A DNA stretch of 61,836 nucleotides, taken from contig JAHJQF010000001.1 in assembly GCA_018819405.1 (NCBI GenBank), positions 973,377-1,035,212 of the forward strand, read 5' to 3'. Of this stretch, positions 55,949-61,836 are shown in pieces. The position numbers were made by a program, and so were the translations under genes. The notes beneath the pieces are model-generated. The model was not told the origin of the DNA. It did not search any database and saw only the letters and a list, made by a program, of their open reading frames with translations. This DNA is from Patescibacteria group bacterium (GTDB lineage Bacteria > Patescibacteriota > Patescibacteriia > UBA1558 > GWA2-36-10). The stretch's first letter is position 1. Every line of letters starts with the position of its first letter.

Positions 55949-56992
55949 TTAATCTAAAAACACTAAACTATTATAAAACTGTTCATAATTGTCATCTGGT
56001 ATTGCACCGTTACTAATAGTAAATATATAAGCGCCATTTTCAAATACAATATATTCTGCATTCCAATTATCATATTGATCAGTGGTAATTGTGGCTTTTA
56101 TAGCATTAATACCTCCAATAACTATATTCTGTCTGCTTTCTTGCCTATCTAAAAATTGATCTCCCACATCAGCAATAAGCTCTTCGACTGTCTTTTCATT
56201 TTTATTATAAATATTAATACCCCACTGAAAATCTCCCGTCAAATCTTTTGGACTAAAACCCACAGTCAGACTAGGCCCTATGCTATCAACATCTGCAACT
56301 GTCCAATCATCTGGATATTCGATAGAAAAATTATATTGATTATTGGTATATGTTTGCCAATAATTTTGCTCCTCGCCTTGAACACTAATACTATTTAAAT
56401 CAGCATTGGTAATACCCAAAGACAAAAATCTCATAATCTGATAAGCTGCGTCACCACTATTCATATAATAACGTTTTCCATCACTTGGATTTACATACCA
56501 AGCTTGGCCCTTATCCTCAACCTGCAACAAAATCCTGCCTTTTAATCTATTGGCTAAAGAATAATCATAATTTAAGGTACCCATACCCATAGGGTCATAA
56601 CCATTTTTTATTTCCTCACCATCTAAATACCCATCATCATCACTATCTGCATCATTCATATCAGTTCCTAAAGATTCTTCAGTTTTATTGGACAAACCAT
56701 CATTATCATTATCACCATCATAGGGTAAGGCGATAGAATCTATACCTACTGGTACTTTGACCAAATTAATATTGCTAATACCTAAGCCCGTATCCCTCAT
56801 TAGCCCAAAGGCTACCTCACCATTTTTCATATAGACTCTTTCTCCACTGTCAGGCAAAACATACCAGGCCTCACCATGACTCTGGACTTGGAGTAAAATA
56901 TAGCCTCTCAATCTATCTGCTAATGAAGCAGCTTGGGTGGTATTGGCTAAAAATACTAACCCTAAAATTGCTAAAAAATAAATTTTTTTCAT
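55949..56992 (-). CDS. Secreted protein with two LLQV...AWYV repeats, TSP3-like repeats and a C-terminal domain paralogous to that of CDS 26574-27662
   Basis: It has a signal peptide. RLRGYILLQVQSHGEAWYVLPDSGERVYM is duplicated as RLKGRILLQVEDKGQAWYVNPSDGKRYYM. TSP3-like motif DGDNDNDGLSNKTEE...DADSDDDGYLDGEE. C-terminal DFQWGINIYNK...ISNGAI. Confidence 0.75.
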   Translation of the reverse strand: MKKIYFLAILGLVFLANTTQAASLADRLRGYILLQVQSHGEAWYVLPDSGERVYMKNGEVAFGLMRDTGLGISNINLVKVPVGIDSIALPYDGDNDNDGLSNKTEESLGTDMNDADSDDDGYLDGEEIKNGYDPMGMGTLNYDYSLANRLKGRILLQVEDKGQAWYVNPSDGKRYYMNSGDAAYQIMRFLSLGITNADLNSISVQGEEQNYWQTYTNNQYNFSIEYPDDWTVADVDSIGPSLTVGFSPKDLTGDFQWGINIYNKNEKTVEELIADVGDQFLDRQESRQNIVIGGINAIKATITTDQYDNWNAEYIVFENGAYIFTISNGAIPDDNYEQFYNSLVFLD

Positions 56993-56994
56993 AC

Positions 56995-58377
56995 TTATAT
57001 AATTAATTTATCTTTGAAATAATTCTTGAGTTCCGAGATAGCCACTCTATCTTGTTTCATACTATCTCTATCTCGGACAGTCACCATATTGTCTTCCAGA
57101 CTGTCAAAATCTACGGTCAGACAATATGGCGTGCCTATCTCATCCTGGCGACGATAACGGCGACCAATCGCCTGAGTCTCATCATAGCTACAGACAAAAT
57201 CTTTTTTGAGATCAAGCAAAATCTCTCTAGCTAGCTTAGTTAAGGGTTCTTTTTTGGAAAGCGGCAAGACTGCTATCTTGATAGGCGCCAAGTAGTACGG
57301 TAATTTCAAAACTACCTCCATGTCCTTTTTAGACTCGGTGGTGGTCGTCCTACCGCCCTCTATCTCAGTATAAGCCGCCAAAAGAACTGCCAAGACGCTA
57401 CGGTCTACTCCGAGCGATGGCTCTATCACATGAGGGATAAATTTTTCTCCAGATATTGGATCAGTATAATTAAGATCCTGGCCGGAAAATTTTTGATGTT
57501 GAGTCAAATCATAATCAGTCCTATAAGCCAAGCCGTAGAGCTCTTTTTGACCAAAAGGAAATTTGTATTCAAAATCAACTGTTCGTTTGGAATAAAAAGC
57601 TCTATCTTTTTCTGATATTTCTACCTCCACCAAGTTCTCTTTTTTTAGCCCCAAAAACTGACACCACTCTCTCATGACACTCAACCAATCTTCAAAAGAT
57701 TTTTTCCAGTTTTTTGGATTGACAAAATATTCTACTTCCATTTGTTCAAATTCACGAGTACGGAAAATAAAATTTTCGGTGGTTATTTCATTTCTAAAGG
57801 CCTTACCAATTTGGGCAATACCATATGGCAGTCTCATTCTTTGAGTCTCAGTGACATTTTTGAAATTTACAAAAATACCACCCGCAGTTTCCGGCCTCAG
57901 ATAAACTGCTGAAGCACTGTCTTCTACCGGACCCATAAAAGTCTTAAACATCATATTAAACTGCCTGACTTCTGTCAGCTCGCCACCGCAATCTGGACAG
58001 ACTATTTCTGACGGATTGATTGGTTTAGCCTTATCATAAAGAGGCTCTATAGAATTGTTTTCCAAGAGATGGTCATAACGGAATCTTTTGTGACATTTTT
58101 TGCAATCCACTAGTGGATCCGAAAAATTATCCACGTGACCAGATGCCTCCCAAACTTTCGGATGCATGATGATAGAAGCATCAAGCCCTACCATATCAGC
58201 CCGAGAAGTGACAAACATCTTCCACCAAAATTTTTTAATATTATTTTTTAACTCAACGCCTAAAGGACCGTAGTCATAGGCTGCACTCAAACCTCCGTAT
58301 ATTTCTGAAGATGGAAATAAAAAACCTCTACGCTTGGCCAGATTTACCACCTTATCAATAATTCTGATTTCTTCCAT
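56995..58377 (-). CDS. glyQS: Glycine--tRNA ligase (homodimeric GlyQS type)
   Basis: 460 aa class II aaRS (FRNEITTENFIFRTREFEQMEVEYF) with a C-terminal anticodon-binding domain. Confidence 0.95.
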   Translation of the reverse strand: MEEIRIIDKVVNLAKRRGFLFPSSEIYGGLSAAYDYGPLGVELKNNIKKFWWKMFVTSRADMVGLDASIIMHPKVWEASGHVDNFSDPLVDCKKCHKRFRYDHLLENNSIEPLYDKAKPINPSEIVCPDCGGELTEVRQFNMMFKTFMGPVEDSASAVYLRPETAGGIFVNFKNVTETQRMRLPYGIAQIGKAFRNEITTENFIFRTREFEQMEVEYFVNPKNWKKSFEDWLSVMREWCQFLGLKKENLVEVEISEKDRAFYSKRTVDFEYKFPFGQKELYGLAYRTDYDLTQHQKFSGQDLNYTDPISGEKFIPHVIEPSLGVDRSVLAVLLAAYTEIEGGRTTTTESKKDMEVVLKLPYYLAPIKIAVLPLSKKEPLTKLAREILLDLKKDFVCSYDETQAIGRRYRRQDEIGTPYCLTVDFDSLEDNMVTVRDRDSMKQDRVAISELKNYFKDKLII

Positions 58378-58446
58378 AAAAATTACTGGAATTTAATATT
58401 TTAATAAACAAATTATACCTGAAATAAGCTCAAAATTCAAGTTATC

Positions 58447-58476
58447 AAAAAAACCCGCCGTGTCAAACACGACGGG
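58447..58476 (-). terminator. Intrinsic terminator after the Clp-like gene
   Basis: Minus strand: cccgtcgtg-tttga-cacggcggg followed by T7. Confidence 0.75.
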
Positions 58477-58484
58477 CCAAAATC

Positions 58485-61172
58485 TTAGTAACCAGTTGGT
58501 TTTTTGACACTTATTTTTCCGCCCACATCATAGACTACTATATCACGTCTATCTAGTTTACCGTTGAGTAAAAAATTAGCCAAAGAATTGTCCACCTGCT
58601 CCTGTATCACACGCCTCAGAGGCCTAGCACCAAACACCGGATCAAAACCAGCTTCAGCCAATTCACGTTGAGCGGCAACAGTAATTTCAAAAAATATGCC
58701 TTTTTCTTCCAGACGTTTTTGAACTTTTTTGAGCATAAATCCGGCAATCTGAAATATTTCATCTCTAGTCAAAGGCTTAAATACTACAGTCCCGTCAAAA
58801 CGGTTGATAAACTCTGGTCTAAAGATATTTCTAATTTCTTCTTTGATAAGATAATCTTTGAAATCTTCTATATTTTTACCTTGATTTATCTGATCTTGTA
58901 TATACGACGTGCCAGCATTAGATGTAGCTACAATTATCAGATTAGTAAAATCAACCGTCCTGCCAAGAGCATCCGTCAGTCTTCCATCTTCCATAACCTG
59001 CAAAAAGATATTTAAGATATCTGGATGAGCCTTTTCTATTTCATCCAAAAGTAGTAGTGCAAATGGCTTGTGCCTGACCGCCTCTGTCAATAAGCCCGGT
59101 GTGCCATTTTCCGGTGAGCCAATAAGTCTTGGTAAAGAATTTTGGGCTTGATATTCACTCATATCCAGACGAATCATATCGTTTTCATTGCCAAAATAAA
59201 CCTCAGCGACTGTCTTGGCCAGTTCTGTTTTACCAACACCAGTTGGGCCTAAGAAAAGTAAATTTACAATTGGTCTTTTTTGATCGCGTAGTTCGGCTCT
59301 GGCTCGACGCAAAGCTGCTGCCACCAGATTGACTGCCTCATCCTGACCAACAATACGCTTATGTATTTCCTCTTCCAAATTAAGAAGCTTGGTAGATTCT
59401 TGAGCGCTGACATTTGTGAGTGGTATATCTGTCTTATCACTGACCAGCTCCTCTATATCTTCTGACCGTACCAAGTTGTCTTTTTTACCACGCTTGGATA
59501 CATAAATGCCAGCTTCATCCATAAGATCTATAGATTTTCTAGGCTGGGCAGTCTCAGTAATATATCGACTAGATAAATCATAAATTTTCTCTAGAGCATC
59601 GTAGGTAAAATAAACTCGGTGTTTGTTTTCTACACTACCTACATGAGCTTCCATCATTTGGATTGTCTGATTTTTATTTGGTTCTTCTATCTTTATCTTT
59701 TTGAGCTCTTGGCCAAGACTACTACTTTCTATATATTGGACATACTCTTTACTGTTTGACGTCGCAATAACTATCACATTTTTCTTTCTTATTTCTGACG
59801 ACAAAACCTCAGCTAATGATACTCCCTCTGTACCCTGAGATGATATACCGACTAATTGATGAATATCTTCAATATATAAAATAATATTTCCTGAAAGAGC
59901 CACTTCATTTAAAATAGACAAAAATCTTTCTTCCAAGCGTCCAGTACCCTCAGCCCCCGACACTATCATAGGAACTGATAGAGAAACTAATCTTTTGTCT
60001 TGGAAAAGCTCAGGAATCTCCTCAGCCATCATTCTGTTGGCAATCCCCTCGGCTATTTTGCCCTTGCCAATGCCCGGCTGACCAACCAATACCACACTGG
60101 AAATATTACTTTCAATAGTTGAGATAACTTCGTTGATTTCCTTGTCTCTGGCCACTGTCAAAGGCAAAGCACCTGATTTGGCCGCCATAGTCAGATCATA
60201 AGAAAAACTATTTAATACCGGCGTAGCAATTGCGGTGTATGATCTATTGATTCCAGATTTTGGCTTAAAAAATGAACGACTACGAAATCTCTTATATGTA
60301 TTTATAAGTTCTTTGTTTATATTTACCCAGGCAATGACGTTATCTATTTTTTCTTCATCAATATCAAAATCATAAAACATGTTTTTGACTGCCTGACTGG
60401 ATGTAATAATGCCAGCCAAAATATCAACTTCGGCTATCTTGGTGGCCTGCCTGTCGAGCATGTGAAAGTAAGCATTGAGTAAAACATTTTCTGCCTCTGG
60501 ATCAATTTTATTTTCTCTTGACTTGTTGGCTGTCAGGGCCTCCAAATTTTCGTCTATGCTTTGCTTGACACTATCTGCTCCCACTCCCAAACGAGCCAAA
60601 ACTAATTTAATATCCTTATCATTTAACAGAGAAAATAAAATATGCCACACCGTGAGCGGAAATATTTTTTTGTAGCTGGCATAAAGCCAAGCTTTATCTA
60701 TTATATTTGAAGTTTCCTGTCCCAGATTGTCGGCAATATTATGCGTAGTATGCTGATCAACATCAGACAATATTTTTCTCTTGGCCTCTTCTCTAATACC
60801 CGGTATAGTCAAGCGATAATACAAAAACATATCAAATACTACCAGTATCCACAAAAATAAATTGTACTCATCTGAAGTATTGAGAAAACCCCAAAGATTT
60901 CTGGGATCAAACTGCACAACATTTAAAATATTATAAATAACTACCAAAGTTGTAATAACAGAGGCTATTAATATGGTATTAATTATCAAATTTAATATTT
61001 TTTTGAATTCCCTGACAAAAATATGAGAATGACTAATTACCCTTTCAAAATATAAAATATTATTATTTACAAAATAATAAGTGCCATGCCCAAGACAAGT
61101 GGTACAGGTATGCCCATCCACTTTGCCTTGACCGTCGCAAATCTGACAAGTTGTAAACTTCAAGCTTTCCAT
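58485..61172 (-). CDS. Membrane-anchored Clp/Hsp100-type AAA+ ATPase with an N-terminal DnaJ-type CxxCxGxG zinc finger and a degenerate first nucleotide-binding domain
   Basis: 895 aa. CQICDGQGKVDGHTCTTCLGHG, then two hydrophobic helices, then a Clp_N-like repeat. NBD1 has GQPGIGKGK (no Ser/Thr after the Lys) and LYIEDIH. NBD2 is canonical: GPTGVGKTELAK and LLLDEIEKAH. Confidence 0.88.
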   Translation of the reverse strand: MESLKFTTCQICDGQGKVDGHTCTTCLGHGTYYFVNNNILYFERVISHSHIFVREFKKILNLIINTILIASVITTLVVIYNILNVVQFDPRNLWGFLNTSDEYNLFLWILVVFDMFLYYRLTIPGIREEAKRKILSDVDQHTTHNIADNLGQETSNIIDKAWLYASYKKIFPLTVWHILFSLLNDKDIKLVLARLGVGADSVKQSIDENLEALTANKSRENKIDPEAENVLLNAYFHMLDRQATKIAEVDILAGIITSSQAVKNMFYDFDIDEEKIDNVIAWVNINKELINTYKRFRSRSFFKPKSGINRSYTAIATPVLNSFSYDLTMAAKSGALPLTVARDKEINEVISTIESNISSVVLVGQPGIGKGKIAEGIANRMMAEEIPELFQDKRLVSLSVPMIVSGAEGTGRLEERFLSILNEVALSGNIILYIEDIHQLVGISSQGTEGVSLAEVLSSEIRKKNVIVIATSNSKEYVQYIESSSLGQELKKIKIEEPNKNQTIQMMEAHVGSVENKHRVYFTYDALEKIYDLSSRYITETAQPRKSIDLMDEAGIYVSKRGKKDNLVRSEDIEELVSDKTDIPLTNVSAQESTKLLNLEEEIHKRIVGQDEAVNLVAAALRRARAELRDQKRPIVNLLFLGPTGVGKTELAKTVAEVYFGNENDMIRLDMSEYQAQNSLPRLIGSPENGTPGLLTEAVRHKPFALLLLDEIEKAHPDILNIFLQVMEDGRLTDALGRTVDFTNLIIVATSNAGTSYIQDQINQGKNIEDFKDYLIKEEIRNIFRPEFINRFDGTVVFKPLTRDEIFQIAGFMLKKVQKRLEEKGIFFEITVAAQRELAEAGFDPVFGARPLRRVIQEQVDNSLANFLLNGKLDRRDIVVYDVGGKISVKKPTGY

Positions 61173-61540
61173 AGACTAGAAAAGTTGCTTAATATCCCCC
61201 AGACAGCCACTATTGGTAAAAATATCCAGAAAATAATAATTGATAAATATAAAATTGAAAGTAAAATAAAGAAAATTAAACGGACTATAATTAAAATAAG
61301 CCTCATAAAAAAGCTTATAATCCTACCTTCTCTATCATACTGACCAAACATTGGCTTGAACATGCTCTTGAGCATCAGAGTCAAGGCCAAATTACGATTA
61401 GTATTTTGTATAGAATTAATAACGTACAAAACCATCTTTTTTAACCCTTGGGTATACCACCAAATAGGAAAATACAAAATTTCCCCGATTAAATCGATGA
61501 CAAGAGATTTGGTAGCCTGAACTATAATGTTTTGCGTCAT
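61160..61540 (-). CDS. Hypothetical membrane protein, translationally coupled upstream of the Clp-like gene
   Basis: 126 aa with several hydrophobic helices. Its 3' end overlaps the Clp-like start by 13 nt. Confidence 0.55.
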   Translation of the reverse strand: MTQNIIVQATKSLVIDLIGEILYFPIWWYTQGLKKMVLYVINSIQNTNRNLALTLMLKSMFKPMFGQYDREGRIISFFMRLILIIVRLIFFILLSILYLSIIIFWIFLPIVAVWGILSNFSSLWKA

Positions 61541-61655
61541 TGACTAAATTATAGCATTTTTTACTTATAAAAAAAAGAAAGAAGACAAAAAATACCGATT
61601 GGATAAAATCTTTACAATTTAATATTAAGCCAAACTAATTTCTGAAGCAGAAATA

Positions 61656-61836
61656 TTAAAAACATCCTGCTGAGCAATAATCGCAAGCGGCATTACAATG
61701 TGTCTTTGGTGCCTTGCAACCAGTACCTCCCACATAAGATCCGCTATACAAATTTTGACTAGAACTACTATCCCAACAAGAATCAATCAAAAGAGAATCA
61801 CAAACTTCACTCACACCAACTACTATCACAGCCGAA
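61656..61836 (-). CDS. C-terminal fragment of a Cys-rich protein (runs off the window edge)
   Basis: Own translation of the open frame: ...VCDSLLIDSCWDSSSSQNLYSGSYVGGTGCKAPKTHCNAACDYCSAGCF, with stop at 61656-61658. The other two frames contain stops. Confidence 0.3.
   Translation of the reverse strand, partial: SAVIVVGVSEVCDSLLIDSCWDSSSSQNLYSGSYVGGTGCKAPKTHCNAACDYCSAGCF

Overview
AT-rich, tightly packed bacterial window with about 60 protein genes, almost all on the minus strand. The content is streamlined housekeeping: ftsA (partial), dgkA, ybeY, rpsU, hisS, lepB, der, pth, pepA, secE-nusG-rplK-rplA, gyrB, pheST, a UvrD/PcrA-type helicase-nuclease, a complete F1Fo ATP synthase operon, rmuC, tatD, cvpA, metG, rsmI, glyQS and a Clp-type ATPase. 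Most genes lack a Shine-Dalgarno (SD) sequence, and long ORFs read cleanly in the standard code with TGA as a stop. The gene content and style look like a small-genome CPR/Patescibacteria-like organism, but this is inference because no rRNA or tRNA lies in the window. The most notable locus is a co-oriented cell-surface cluster at 1116-14928. It holds two proteins whose N-termini look like TrbC/VirB2-type (T4SS) pilins. One of them is a 3,318-aa protein in which the pilin-like membrane hairpin is followed by IPT/TIG, Ig-like, FN3, nine CGDG cysteine-rich repeats and a C-terminal vWA domain. Two Asn-repeat/thrombospondin-type-3 proteins complete the cluster. Other observations: four small G+C-richer micro-islands carry orphan ORFs with perfect SD sites, their own promoters and their own terminators. 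One island also encodes a promoter-and-terminator-bounded structured ncRNA of about 216 nt that I cannot classify. There are three families of short palindromic/inverted-repeat elements, one of which has a copy inserted in frame inside the helicase gene. Covarying L1-leader-like hairpins precede rplK and rplA. A RelE/Phd toxin-antitoxin pair and a membrane-anchored Clp-like ATPase with a DnaJ-type zinc finger are also present. I found no CRISPR array, transposase, rRNA or tRNA.
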